A stretch of 64,000 nucleotides of DNA from Felis catus (Eukaryota), in contig NC_058368.1 in assembly GCF_018350175.1 (NCBI RefSeq), forward strand, positions 38,566,001 to 38,630,000, given 5' to 3'. Shown here piece after piece: positions 11,214 to 24,958 of this stretch. Position 1 is the first letter of the stretch; every line of letters begins with the position of its first letter. A model generated the notes under the pieces. That model made no database searches and had not been told where the DNA came from. It saw only the letters and a list, made by a program, of their open reading frames with translations. The position numbers and the translations under genes were made by a program.

Positions 11214-12524
11214 GTGATGAAGTTGAGTATCAAAGTACCTAACTTCTTTCTCATTACCTTAAAAGATTATTTTTCTCTCAGGACTTCCATTTTCATGTTA
11301 GCATAGCACATTAGATAGCATTTCAAAAGAATGGATAACATTTTGAATAACAGTATAAGGAGCTCTTTACCTAGTAATATAGTAATATCCTACTGATATC
11401 CAAAAGAGACTTTTTCTCCAGGAGTATATGATATGAACTTTACCCTTTCCCCACCACTCTTAACACTTATTTTTACCAGAGAAATTATATAACTCTACTG
11501 ACTTTTTTTCTTATAAAATTCCAACTAGTTAATTTTGACTTTGCTATCAGTATGACTTCACTCTCTGTTGGTATATATCTTCTTTACTACCATTTCAAGC
11601 TTCTTTCTGAACAACTCCAGGAATGTTTCCTTGGTAATTCAGGGAGTCAAAAATCAAATTCCATCCTAATTTTGTTGATGTATTTCCTTCCAGTTTCATC
11701 CCATAATGCTCCAATTAACTTGTGCCTTTTATTGCCCGTAAGAGCTGCACTTTCCTGTCTGTTTCTTCTTGAGCCATTACCACAATTGGAAATGGTCTCG
11801 CTGTTGTAATTTTGTTTTTAGTATTACCCGTCAGTGTTCATGTCTGTCTGCAGTTGAAATCTCAAATCTTGACACCGTCTTCTACCTGGAAGTGCATCTT
11901 TAATCTTTTGAATATTATAAGTACTTACAGTATTTGTCCTATTTTTTTTCTCTCCTGCTGGTGTTCATATTTTTATTCGCCAAAATACTGTAAGTTCATA
12001 GAGAGCAGGATTTATTTTTTCTATCCCTCACATTCTCTAGCAGTGTATCTTCAGTTATGTGTTAAATGAATTGATGTGTGTTGATAGGTACACATTTTTC
12101 AGCCTCTGTATATATCTTGCATGTAGGTATTCCTCTGAGCAAATTTACAGTATAGAGAAAAATATTGTAAAGTTCAGAGATCGTAATATCAACAGGCCTT
12201 TTAAAAGCTGTTGTGGAGGAAAAAGTGAGTAAACATTTTATTGTCTTTACTAAGCTTAACTGTTGAAAAGCAAGTGACTTTTATTAAGAGGTAAAATTTC
12301 ATTTTCATGGTAAAATGTTAGGTTTTTTTTTTTTTAAGCATGAACTGATCATTATATGCCATGAGACTGGAAAATAATTTAAGATAGATTTCAAGGTGAG
12401 TCTTAATATTGTCATCACATAATAAAGAGCCAGCTGAAGGAAGTTGGGGAAAACAATTCTAAAAAACTATCTTAAAACAACAAAAAAACCTGATTTTTCA
12501 ACTGTAGTTTTATCGTATCATAAC

Positions 12525-12738
12525 TTTATTTTTTCTATTTTTTTTAAGTTTATTTATTTTGAGAGAGCGAGCATGATCAGGGGAAGGGAAGAGGGCAAGG
12601 GAGACAGAGAATCCCAAGCAGGCACCCTATTGTCAGTGTAGAGCCTGACAAAGGTCTCAAATTCCTCAAAGTGTGAGATCATGACCTGAGCTGAAATCAA
12701 GATTTGGATGCTTAACTGCTGAGGTGCCCAGGTGCCCC
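12525..12738 (-). mobile_element. Can-SINE
   Basis: Reverse body ending ggtgcccc; flanking tatcataa repeat. Confidence 0.9.
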
Positions 12739-13348
12739 TCTATCATAATATTCAAGGAATTCCCTGGTATCAGTATTCTAGAAGTTGTGTTTAAAAAAGC
12801 GGGGCGGGGGGAGGTGCATTATTTTGGGGAGAGTTAAATGTGTAAGTTTGAGAAAGAAAACAGTATTATGATTACTTTCATTTTGTTTTGAAGTTGCAGT
12901 TTTGAATGCAGTTTAGCATACACGTTACATTATCATAGTTTAAATAACAAATGAAAAATTCTGTAGCAAAATTTTCTCCCTGAAATATCAAAGAACAATA
13001 GAACAAAATGTAAATGCTATTACAGGCCACTGGTCACCACCTTGCCATTATTGGGTGGCTCCTTAAAATATGCCCTCCAGTGATTTGTACAGTGTGGTTT
13101 TAGCAATTTTAAATGGTTCATTTGATGGATTTCACGTTTTTCTCCTGGGAAACCATTACATAATGTAACTCAATTCTGTTGCCAAGAAGATTTTCTTGTG
13201 TTGTTGCTTCCGTTTTCTGGTTTTAAAATCACAATTCAATTTTCAACTTGTATAATTTTGTTAAATATAAAATTTAATGATGTGTTCAATTTATATAATG
13301 TCATCTTATACATCACCTCTCCTAGGTGTTAATAATAGAACTAAGAAT

Positions 13349-13595
13349 CATTGATTGAACATACTCTAGGTCAGACACTATTTTAAGCACTCTCTATGTA
13401 TTAGCTTATCAGATATCAAAAGCTTTTGAGGTAAATACGGTTAGCTCCATTTTACAGATGAAAAAGTAATATAAAGATGAAATATCTCTTGCTCAAGATG
13501 ACATCACTAGGAAGTGGAGAGAGAAAGATAGGGAATCCAAGCCTTATAAAACCTTTGTCAAACCTGCAGTCTTACCCGGTGTACTTCACTGCTTC
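13349..13595 (-). mobile_element. MIR relic
   Basis: Core motif 'ccattttacagatgaaaaa...cttgctcaagatgacatcactaggaagtgg'. Confidence 0.7.
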
Positions 13596-13639
13596 TTGGC
13601 ATTTAATTTTGAACACGATTAAGATGTAAAAATGATCAT

Positions 13640-13815
13640 GGGGCACCTGAGTGGCTCAGTTACTTAAGCTTCTGATCCACAGAGGCTCTCACAGTTTGTG
13701 AGTTGGGCTCCCTGATGCTGCAGAGCCTGCTTGGGATTCTCTCTCTCCCTCTCTTTCTGTCCCTCCCACATCCTTGCATGTATGCACATGCACATTCTCT
13801 CAAATAAAATATATA
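13640..13815 (+). mobile_element. Degenerate Can-SINE
   Basis: ggggcacctgagtggctcag head, CT-rich region and AATAAA. Confidence 0.85.
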
Positions 13816-13966
13816 ACTTGAATTTTAGTTATTATTAGGAAAATGTCTTTTTGTTTCTCCCCACTCAAATTTTCCCCACTTGAAATCCTTCCTTTTTGGT
13901 CCAGACTTTGTACATCTCTTGAATACTTGAATGCAGTGTCAAAAACAATGTCTTAGGAAATTATAT

Positions 13967-14163
13967 ATTTTTTAAATGTTTGTTTATTTTGAGAGTGTGA
14001 GCTGTGGAGGGGCAGAGAAAGAGAGGTGGAGAGAAAATACCAGGCCATCTCCATGCTGTCTGTGCAGAACCTGACATGGGGCTTGAACTCATGAATCGTG
14101 AGAACATGACCTGAGCCAAAATCAAGAGTCAGAAGCTTAACCAACTGAGCCACCCAGGTACCC
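13967..14163 (-). mobile_element. Can-SINE
   Basis: Reverse body ending ggtaccc. Confidence 0.9.
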
Positions 14164-17100
14164 AAAGAAACTGTTAATTTTAAATCGGCATACCTCATTT
14201 TCTTATTTCCCTTCATCAACATCTCTGCATAACCTTCTCCATAAAATGGTGGTGATTATTCCAGAGATTATTTTCAAAGGGTAGAAGACTATGTTATTGA
14301 CCCATAAGCCCAGAAAATATGAGAAAAGGCCACTTGAAATGTCCAAATTTCAAATTCATAAAATACTTATTTTTTTCTAAAATGAATATAATAAAGGAAC
14401 CTAAATGGAATGCAAATATCCTGCCACAAGAATATTATGCACTGTAGTTGAGACTTCAAAAATAATTTTGTATAATTAGTCAATGAAATGTTGAGCTATT
14501 TATTCATTATTATAAAGCAAGAAATCTAATATAAAATATTTGAAAACATGCTTTTCTCTGCCAGATCCCTCAGCAGAAATTAGAAAACATAATTTGTTTC
14601 TTCAGCTCACAAATTTCTTGGATTCTGTTATACCCTCAAAGATCAACTCCATAAAATTAAGAGGAGACCCATACTTTGAAAAATTTACTTTACAGTACCA
14701 TTGATATTCAGAAATTATGTGGATATTATAATAGAATTTTATAAATTTCCCACCTTATGCCCAAAGATCTGAAAACAAAAAGGGCTTTAATGCAGCAGAC
14801 TTATGGCCAATTAAACCCAATTTTCTATCTTGGATAGTGTTACTCTAGCAATTTAAGTCATGATTGTCATGTGTAAGTATCAAATTATTAGTGATGTCCC
14901 CTCAACCATTATTAATTCCCTGAGATAGCCTATTGTTTATCTGCTGTCTCTACTCTCTTCTGTCTGCAATCTCTTTACCACTTTTCTCAAAGCACCTTTG
15001 ACTGATTCCTGCTCATTCTGTCCGTGTCAAATTAAACATCCCTTGGAGATCTTCCTTGACTTCTGAAATTAGGCTAAATCCTAATTAAATATCCTTTATC
15101 AAGTCATTCTTAATATGTTATTGAGATCACTAGTAAACTATTTCTTTTAGCATAGTAGTTGCTTGTCATGTACCTGTTCAATGAAAGAAATAATGCTAAG
15201 CGTTAATTTATTTTAAATCCTGAACTTTGAGTGTTTTCATCCTTTACTGCTGAGCAGTACTGTCATCAGCCCAAACTAGCTATATAAAATATTTTAAGTA
15301 TCTCTATTACTAACAATAGGTATATTATTGTGATCTTCATGTTCTTTGATATGGTTTAGAGTTCAATGTTCTTTTTGCACGTTATTCATTATTTTTAAGC
15401 TCTGACAATATCTGCCATTAGCTTTACTTACTTGAAACATCTAACAGTTCTTTCATCCTTTAACATGTCAGTTTCACCTCAAATCACATGGTCTGCTCTC
15501 AGAATATTTTGAAGTGGGGTGATCGTAATTATACATGGTATTTTGTGGTCAGTAAAACAGTTTCACTAAGGGAAGTTTTGTTCTTTTTTCTACCAACCTT
15601 TCTTCTGATTATTTGGTAATGATAGCACATTGGTTGATTATCTTCAAGGAATTATCAAATTCCCTCTTTACTTACGCTATAACTGCAAGGAAGATGCCCT
15701 ATGAATGTTAGGCATTGTGTTTTCATAAATACAACTATGTGGTAATCTCTCGTGAAATGAATAATTGATACCAACTCAGTGAATGGTTTCCTTTAGAAAT
15801 ACTTCTGGAAGTAAACTTTTGTTTCTGATGTCTCCTGATGTTTTGTAAGAACACACTGTTGAGTTGGAAAAACCAAAAAATCATGCTCCGTGTACATGAA
15901 ACATCTGTAATATTCTTGGGTATAAATCATAACTATGTCCAACTCTGGTTTAGTCTGTGAGCCCATATCCAAACTCCTTGGTGAATTTCAAACTGTGACT
16001 CTCCCATTCTTAACTGTCGTAATAGTTTTCCAGCTTGAAAGAAGGAAAAAATAGCAAAACAGTATTTGTGGGGAAGAGTTGACAGCCTTTCTCAATTTAT
16101 AAATACAGTGAAAACTTATTGAATACACAAATTAAAACTATACAGAAATTTATCTGGTGGCACTTAACATGGGATGAAAATGAGTTAGTCTTTGAAATTA
16201 TTCACTTTCTGCCCTAAAAAAAAAATGAAAAAAAAACCCTTCATTAATATCTTAATTCATTAGACCATCTACATTCTCAGCTATTTTAAAAATTTAATCT
16301 GAAGCAACAACTGAAATTAATAGTGATGTTCTGAGCATTTAAATGCGGTTTCTCATTTTTTCTTAATATTTCTTACATGTTACTAATTTTAGTCATTTCA
16401 GAAGAATGAATTTACCTCTGTTCTAGGATAAGAAGCTAAACTGAAGATTGATTAAGACTCTGTTCCCACTTGGGAAAAAAAAAAGTAATTTATAGGAAGT
16501 AAGCTGCTAATTGAATACTATTGTGTTGTAGTCATTATTTCCTAACTTCAAGGACAGGACTCTTCTCGGATTCTATCCAGTATTGAGCTTGCATTCCTAT
16601 TGGTAAGTAATGACCTCATAATTACTTCAAGCTCTAGATCAATCACTACTCTGGTGACTCTTGATAGAGTAAAAACGTTTTACACATTGATTTTCTTTAC
16701 TTAATTCATCTTCTTTCCTATCTTGTTTGGATTCCTTGATATATTCAGTCTTTACTAAAATTCATTTAAAGATACACAGAAGATCTTTTTTCATATGTTC
16801 TAAACAGTTCAAAAGATTGCTCTCATTCTACAAATAGTGTCAGAATGTACACAAATAGGATAGTGTGTGAATTGTGTGATTATGGATTCACCTACATTAT
16901 AGAATTGAAAGTGGAGTCTCTCTGAAGGACCCTTTCAGGGAGAAAGTGGTTAGACTTGGGATAGGGGTAAGCATTTGAGTAAGGGTGGTAAGAAACATTG
17001 AGACAGCTAGTAACTGTTTATTCAGGGTTGCTGTACTAAGAAAAATTGCCATCAATTTAACAAGTTCACTGAAATATTTGACTTGTCTAAATTTATTTAG

Positions 17101-17326
17101 AGACCGATTTGGTTGCAAAGACCTCAATTCCAGCCAAAAAACAAGTGAATTATTAACGCTGTTCTTTGTTGAGTATTCCACAATTTTTATACTGAGTCTA
17201 TTTAAGCATACTATAATACTATAGGCCACAAGGAGTAAACTCCACAAGGAGTTTTACTTTCTTGAAATATTTTAACAGATTATATCATTTGCATGTGGAC
17301 CACTTAGAATAATTATTAATCTTGAA

Positions 17327-17530
17327 CTCTGGAGACCTTTCCACATGTTTAGATACTCCTACAAATGATCAGTTGGCAGAACTTGGTGCCATTATGCAAC
17401 CCCTCTGTGCTTCAATACTAATGTTTGTAAATGGAAATGATAATGTGTCCTAAGATTACTGGTAAAGTGTGGTAGTTGCCCTGGTATACTCAGAATAATG
17501 CATAATGCTTAATAAGTATTCCATATAAAT
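17327..17530 (+). mobile_element. MIR relic
   Basis: 'ctctgtgcttcaat...tttgtaaatggaaatgataat' core-like motif. Confidence 0.5.
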
Positions 17531-17854
17531 TACCTATCATTCTGAAATTTTTAGATGTAAGACTGAAAAGGTAATCAGGCATATTTTTACTAAATACGAA
17601 GAGTTAGTAGCTTGTTGCTTTTTGTTTCTTAGCAATCTATAGTCAGTCAATCTGATAAACACCTCAAAAAGTAGCTGAGCTGTTTGATCAATTTTTAGGG
17701 ATTTTGTGGAAGGGATCGAGAAATTGAACTAAATGTTCAAAGTACTTTCTAACAGTAAGTTTATTAGTCAGAGTCTTTGTATTTGCAAATGACAGGATCC
17801 CAGAGAGAAACATGTTAGGCAAAAAAAATAGGGCACTTAGAAAGATAACCTGTG

Positions 17855-18180
17855 TCTGACTTATTTTACTTAGCATAAGTCAGAGAAAGATGTCCTGTGT
17901 TTTCACTTATATGTGGAAGTTGAGAAACTTGACAGACCATGGGGGAAGGGAAGAGAAAAAAAAATACAGAAAGGGAGGCAAACCAGTAGAGACTCTTAAA
18001 TACTGAGAACTGAGGGTTGATGGGGGTGGGGGTGGGGAAAATGGGTGATGGGCATTGAGGAGGGCACTTGTTGGGATGAACACTGCATGTTATAAGTAAG
18101 TGATGAATTACAGGAATCTACTCCCAAAGCCAAGAGCACGCTGTATATACTGTATGTCGCTAACTTGACAATAAATTATA
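17855..18180 (+). mobile_element. Carnivore L1 3' end with a short 5' inversion
   Basis: L1 3' UTR (gagactcttaaatactgagaac, G-rich tract, caataaa); 17855-17876 is the reverse complement of L1 'atgctaagtaaaataagtcaga'. Confidence 0.85.
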
Positions 18181-18195
18181 TATACATATATACAG

Positions 18196-18239
<44 letters not shown>

Positions 18240-18251
18240 GTGTGTGTGTAT
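18178..18251. repeat. Compound (TA)/(TG)/(CA) microsatellite at the L1 tail
   Basis: Directly visible. Confidence 0.9.
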
Positions 18252-19386
18252 TTATGATTGAAAGAAGCAATGAACAACCTCAGGGCACGGCATTTAGAGA
18301 CATTGGCAAGTTTCAGACATAATAAACTCAAACACTATCATAATCCCATCACTCAGCATCTTATCTGTGTTTTCTAAATGTGAATTTTGTTCCTATCTGA
18401 AAATTGTTCAGGACCCCTCTATGAAGGATTTCCGAGTTGTATGTACTATACTATATACAGGAAGAGGTTGATTCTTTTCTCTACCAGTTCCATCGTTTCT
18501 AGAACAAGTGGTCAGCAATTAGTATTCCCTCATCATCTATTTTGCCTTCTACCCACTCTTCTCTGATAACCACTTTTTCCACTTCGAAGGACTTGATCTC
18601 GCTAAAATAATCTGAATGCCAAATTCAATGATCCATATCCAGCCTGTATCAAATTTGACCCAATTTACTTCCTTAATTAACTGTAGCTTCATTAAATGTC
18701 TTGGTTTACTCAGAGCTCTTTCAGACTCTTATCATAGTTCATTTTTAGTCTTCTTTCGTGTTTGTTTTCTCTAGCAATCATATAGTACCCTTTTGACCTT
18801 TCTCACACACTGTGGGCAGTTTTGTTCACACGCTTCTCAACGAGTGGCACCATTTGCTTTAAAAGGAAACATCTGATTTGCCTCTCTTATCTTTCGTATT
18901 CAGGACCATATGATTTTGATAAACTTTTAAATACCTGTTTGAGGTGGCAATTCCTACTGCCATTCTTTCATCTAAGTTTCTATGTGTTGTGCTTTTACAA
19001 ATAGGCATTGTACATAGATACTGGCAGAGAAACATGCATTTATGACAAAGCAGTATATACCTTAAACATGTAATCACAAAATACCTCTTTACTAAGCATG
19101 ATAGAGCTATGAGGGAGTGAGTATATAGTCTTATGCTTGAACAACATAATAAGGAGATAATTGCCTTATTAGATGCTACATGAAAGCATATGCTCCCTTA
19201 ACAGAGGATTAGGGCATGTGAATTGGCCCTACTGTCTGTATTTTCAGGTTCTAGCTGTTCAGGGTATCTTATGTTTGAGACTCGTTGCAAACAAAATTTG
19301 ATTATTGGACACAATTTAAAAATTCTTTAGAATTTTAATTCCTAGAATTTTTATAAAAAACATTTCATTACTAGCACTATCTTCTT

Positions 19387-19657
19387 TTTATTCAAGTTGG
19401 TTAACATACAGTGTAGTATTGGTTTCAGGAGTAGAACCCAGTGATTCATCACTTACCTATAACACCCAGTGCTTATTACAAGTGCCCTCCTTAATGTCCA
19501 TCACCCTTTCAGCCCATCCCCCTATCCACCTCCCCTCTAACAACCCTCAGTTCTCTGTATTTAAGAGTCTCTTATGGTTTGTCTCCCTCTGTTTTTATCT
19601 TATTTTTTCTTCATCCCCTATGTTCATCTGTTTTGTTTCTTAAACTCCACATATGAA
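19387..19657 (-). mobile_element. Carnivore L1 3' UTR fragment
   Basis: Reverse L1 3' end; TSD cactatcttctt (19375-19386) / cactgtcttctt (19658-19669). Confidence 0.9.
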
Positions 19658-22600
19658 CACTGTCTTCTTGCCCACCCTTATCTCTCATCTCTCTTCTATA
19701 GCGTCAACCTTTTTGTATCTCTTTGAAAATACTGTACTAGGTTAGGCTTTTGTAATTTTCACATGTCCTGCCACATGATTTCTGCTTGAAAATGTAGACT
19801 CTTCTCTGATATTAATTAAAAAGAAACCTCAACCTCAATTTTTCATATTTCATAATCTTGGAAGTCTTAAGGCTATTATTTTCCCTTGTGTTTTTCATAG
19901 TTTTGTCTATGGCTTTGTTATTGTAATTATTTTTTTAAAGAATTAAAGGACGATTTGTCTGCTGTTATGAGCTTCTTGAGGAACTTGGTGTAGTTTTCTT
20001 TTAAATCTTTATATCTTAGTACAACATATGGTATCTTGGTAATTCAAATATCTTCTTAATTTAAATTCTCATCAAATATAATTTTAATTAAATGTTTAAA
20101 TATTTAACTATCTTATATAAATATATTGAAATCTCAGCATTAGGAAAGCTATTAATTAATGTTGATATACCAAGAATATTATTTTTCAGAGTTGAGTTAT
20201 CAAACAATTTAACTTTTACTGAGCTTACATTTTTTGAGAGATTAATTTCTGTTGAGTTAAACCATCCCATTCAAAATCTAACCTGATAAAAGATACATGT
20301 ATGAGTTAGGCATAACATGCAAGCCAATTTAAACTAAGTAATTTGTTTATATATTAATGTGATTTGTAGAGTTCTTTTTTTTCTTCAGTTGAAAAATGTA
20401 CCCCCTCCTGTCTAAAAGGTGATAGTACATCCCATTTCTCTAATGAGGTGCCTTACATTTTGCAATTTCTGGCCAAATAACAAGGTGATATAATTGTGTC
20501 ATAGTAAAAATAATGAAGCTGGATTAAATATCCCTCCTAGTTGGATTCTTTTATTCTTTTTCTTTGCTTTCAATTCCCAACAGGTAACCTTATTTTAAGG
20601 AGTTTTGCTCTTTAATGATATCTATTCATGAAACTTAACTGTTGGGGCTTACTTCCACTATAAGTTTCTGAGCTCTATTGCAGCTTAGGGAATAGTGAGA
20701 TATAGAAAATAATGAGACAAATTAATTTTCTTTTCCCAGAGGTACTATATTCCCCATAGCTATCGCTCAGAGGACAACCTCTTTTCTGAAAGATTGATAT
20801 AAAAATAATTTATGTCAGGCTAAGAGGCAGAGCAAATCTGACTGAAAAAGCACATAAATGCCTTTAAGAAAAGAGTAGTAGCTTGTGGAGACAGTGCTTC
20901 TTGGTAATTAGGGGTGTTTATTATCCTTGTCAGGCTTTAACAATCAATTGTGGATATATATAATGAAAAGGATTTCAACATTTAATATATATCCCATCCA
21001 GGTCCCACTATAATTTAGCTTCAGGTAATTGAAGAGATGTAGATTAGTAAACTAGAAGATTTTTTTTTTGGGGGGGGGGATGCATAAAATGCTGCAATGA
21101 TAATGAGAATATACTGAAAAAGAGCATCTTACTAAGTTGCAATTATTAATAGAATCCTAGACCTTGAAGAGCCCAGATGAGTTCAGTTATTTCCTTGCTT
21201 TTAATAAAAGGAATAATGTCATGAAACCAAACCATCAGAAATGATAACTTTGTTGCCAAAACTATAACATACTTTATATTTTTTGTAGTAGAACATCAGA
21301 TCTAGATATATAAATGAATCATTCTAATGTAGTTTGTGGCCTGTGGTTTTAAGGAATATACCCAGGAGGAATACCCCTGGAGGGAAAGTATCCATGTTAG
21401 ATGATTCCAAGGCAAATGAAGAGAAATTAACTCACAAGAGCTTTTTGTTAAATAAATAAACTCATTTATTTTTTCCAATTTGAAATAACTCCAAATAAGA
21501 CACCTGGCATTCATGGCTATAAAATCATTGTACCAAGATGTTTGGGTTTTTCTGTAGTCCTATATTGCAAGTAATAGTATTGACTTTCATGCACTGAGCC
21601 AGAGGGGTGTTCACTCATTATCTCTTGTTGTATGTATTTTCTATAATTGCCCAAACTGCAGACGTTAAAATACAGGTATCTATAGAGTAACTCCTTACTG
21701 AGACTATATTGAAAAATTTCTTTCTTACATTGGTAAATTTATTTTCATTTTATGTGTAGGCACAGAGGACTATTTTGGGTTCTGAACTTGATACTATTAT
21801 TTCAGCTTTTTAAAAGATACTGTAGTATACTTGTTCCAGTTGCCTGGTTCTTAATTTATCACCACTATTAACAGCATGTTCTTAACTGGCATCATTCACC
21901 CTTGTGTAGCAAAATAAATCTGTGTTTATGAAATTCATATGTATGTAGTTTTTCTGTTTGGGGGGTAAAAAGCAGTCATCATTTGAGAAAATTTTATGGT
22001 ACTTTGCAAGGAGTGCAACCTGGGAGTTAAATATTGAATTTTGAAGTCTGCTGTCTACCACTGGAGTCTTCCAGAGTATTTGCTTAATTTAACATCTGAG
22101 ACCTTTACTTGTTGAGAATACAAGCAGTTTTTGCTGAATCTTAAAATCCTTTTAAGGTTTTTAAGCTCCAACAAAATAACGAATCTCTTGCATGTTTACA
22201 TGTATATGGCTGAATATTATTAACATCAGTTAAAATTCAACCAAAGTTACTTGTAAAGATGGAAGCACATGAATCTATCTCCAGCTTTTAGGTCCCTTCC
22301 TTCTACAGTAAACCCATCAATATTCTCTCCATATTCACTAAGAGTTACATTTTACACAAATTGGAAAAACTGGACATCTGTTTTGCTTTTTATTTTTAGC
22401 AACTAGCACATTAACCTTTCATATTATTGAATAAAAACAACAAAATCTAAAAATACAATAGGATTCTCCCACATTGCCATGTTTAAGACAACAGAGAAAA
22501 AAATAATTGACATCAGTTGCGTATACATAGATGTATATAAATCCAAACAAGCAAAACCCCATATTTAAGAAAAGACAAGTTAATTTGGAAATTTGATATT

Positions 22601-23929
22601 AGAATGTTAACAAAGTGACCACATAATAAGACAGAGTAATTATAATAGGGAATAATTGCCCTTTAATTATGACTGAAAGGGTTAAACATTTAAAAAAAAG
22701 TAGTCTTAGTGTTTTCCAAATACATTAAGGAGATAAGAACCCCCCCCCCCCAAATATCCCAAAAAGGATTTAAAATATTTAAATCAAGTTGGAAAAGTTG
22801 ATACAGACTTGTGACCTTAATTATAATTTAAAGCCCTATCTCTAGAGTGTCTCAGAGTATCTGACTACTCTGGCCAATGTTTTCTCAATTTGTGCAGGCA
22901 TGAATACTAGTACCCATATTTTCCTAATGCATTTTTACAATTAAAACCAGAGATAATTAGAAGGTAGATAGAAAGATTTTTGTGGCTTTTATCAGAAAAC
23001 AATAGTGATTCCAAATGTCTAGGACTAGGGCTGAAAACACAGTGCAGTCAACTGTAGGAAGTCCTATTTACTAAATTGATGACCTGAGAAGAGAATAATA
23101 ATTGTATTTAATTGGAACATGGTTGATCACAAGAAATGCCCACACTATTAAGAAGTAAAATGACACATATAAACAAAGGCTATTGTCTTATATTCATTAT
23201 TTTAGAATAAAGGTATTTTTATTAATATATGTCTAATTTGATGTAAGTGTGCCTTTAAAGTCTGTAAATACCTACTTTATATCCTTCTACCTAAGTAAAA
23301 AAGGGAAGAGTGATTCAGGGAATTTTGTATAAGTCAACCAAGACAAGAACCAAAATCAGGAGAGGCTGACTGTTACTACTTTGAATTTAGAAATAATATT
23401 CTGCAAATAATGTCTAATAGTATCAACATCAGATAATTTAGTGTTCTCAAAAGGGGCACTAGTAGCATTGGGGATGAAGTAGTTTCTCTGCTACAACAGC
23501 TCTTTGTGGAAAAAAAAAAAAAAAAAAAAGGATGTGCCAAATAGTCATGTGCCTCCTGGGGAAAGTAGTACTCACTTCAAGTGAGAATCGGGAGGACCTC
23601 CAATTCTGCAGACTTCAATTTTCCGTCCTGAATTCGGACTGATCCATTAAGCTGATTCATTTCTGGCAAGGTATCTGGTTGGAAAACATTAAATCCTATA
23701 TGAAAGACATGGGATTAAAAAGTCTTGCTTAAATGCAATTGTTAAAATCTTGTTAAAACAGTAAATGAGTAAGTTCAAGGGAACATCTAGGTTTGACAAC
23801 CCAGTCAGTATTTAAATGTTTTCCTATTTTCCTATATTCTACTCTAAAGAACAATTCTAGTTAGCTTATAGATCTAATTTTAAATAGAAAATATTAAAGT
23901 TTATGGATGACATTAAAATCTGTTAATCA

Positions 23930-24560
23930 AAATGGATTATGAAAAATATTAAGGATCTAGAAATAAAGTACAAAGAAAGATTAATAAATTAGACTGCATT
24001 TAAATTAAGAACATAGGCTTATTAAAGAGTAGAAAAACAAGCTACAGAATGCAAAAAAAATGCAGTTTAACTGTCATAGGACTTTTAATTATAGTATTCT
24101 TACAATTCAGTAACAAAAAGATAATCCACTAAAAATCAGCAAAAGACACAAGAGTCACTTCACAGCTCCATATCCCAAAAGCACAAAGGAAAATTAAATC
24201 TACGCACATAAAAGGGGATCAGACTTGTTAGTCATCAAGAAAATGTCAAGGAAAATCATTAGCAAACTTTTCACTAGGACAGCTTAAATTAAAAGGACAG
24301 ACAATACCAAGTGTTTACAAGAATCTTGAGTAATAGCTCTCATACACTACCAGCAGGAATATGGATTGTTGGATCCCTTTGCAAAACTGTTTGGTCTTAT
24401 TTATTAACTATAGGTTTACCCTATGACACAGCAATTTCATTTCCTTAGTATATATTTACCAGATATCTACATGATTAAAATGTACAAGAATATTGATTAT
24501 AACATTTTAGTAGTCCCAAACTAGAAAGTTAAATGTTAATCAACAGTACAGAGAATTGTG
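23930..24560 (+). mobile_element. Ancient L1 (L1MD/ME-type) ORF2 3' fragment
   Basis: Degenerate 'ccctatgacacagcaatttc', 'caaaactgtttgg' and 'acaataccaagtgtt' motifs. Confidence 0.7.
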
Positions 24561-24749
24561 TACATTTATGTGTTATGTTTCAATATAAAAAAAATTAGGA
24601 ATCCTGGAAGATTCTTAGAGGTAGTGATATGGCAAATGTGATTACAGAATTTAGAATCCTCTATCTGTATATCTATATCTGTATCTATATATATCATATA
24701 TATCTAGGTCTATATCATATATATATGTATCATATATATATATTTAAAA

Positions 24750-24958
24750 AAATTGTTTTTCAACGTTTATTTATTTTTGGGACAGAGACAGAGCATGAAC
24801 GGGGGAGGGGCAGAGAGAGAGGGAGACACAGAATCTGAAACAGGCTCCAGGCCCTGAGCAGTCAGCACAGAGCCTGATGCGGGGCTCGAACCACCGACCA
24901 CGAGATCGTGACCTGGCTGAAGTCGGACGCTTAACCGACTGCGCCACCCAGGCGCCCC
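24750..24958 (-). mobile_element. Young felid Can-SINE (SINEC_Fc type) inserted in a TA-rich tract
   Basis: CpG-intact body (gaagtcggacgcttaaccgactgcgccacccaggcgcccc); TSD tgtatcatatatatat on both sides. Confidence 0.97.

Noticed and set aside
15960..16030. Resemblance of LRMGESQFEIHQGVW to vitellogenin N-terminal sequence
   Set aside because: The match is short, does not extend on either side and is recalled from memory; likely chance
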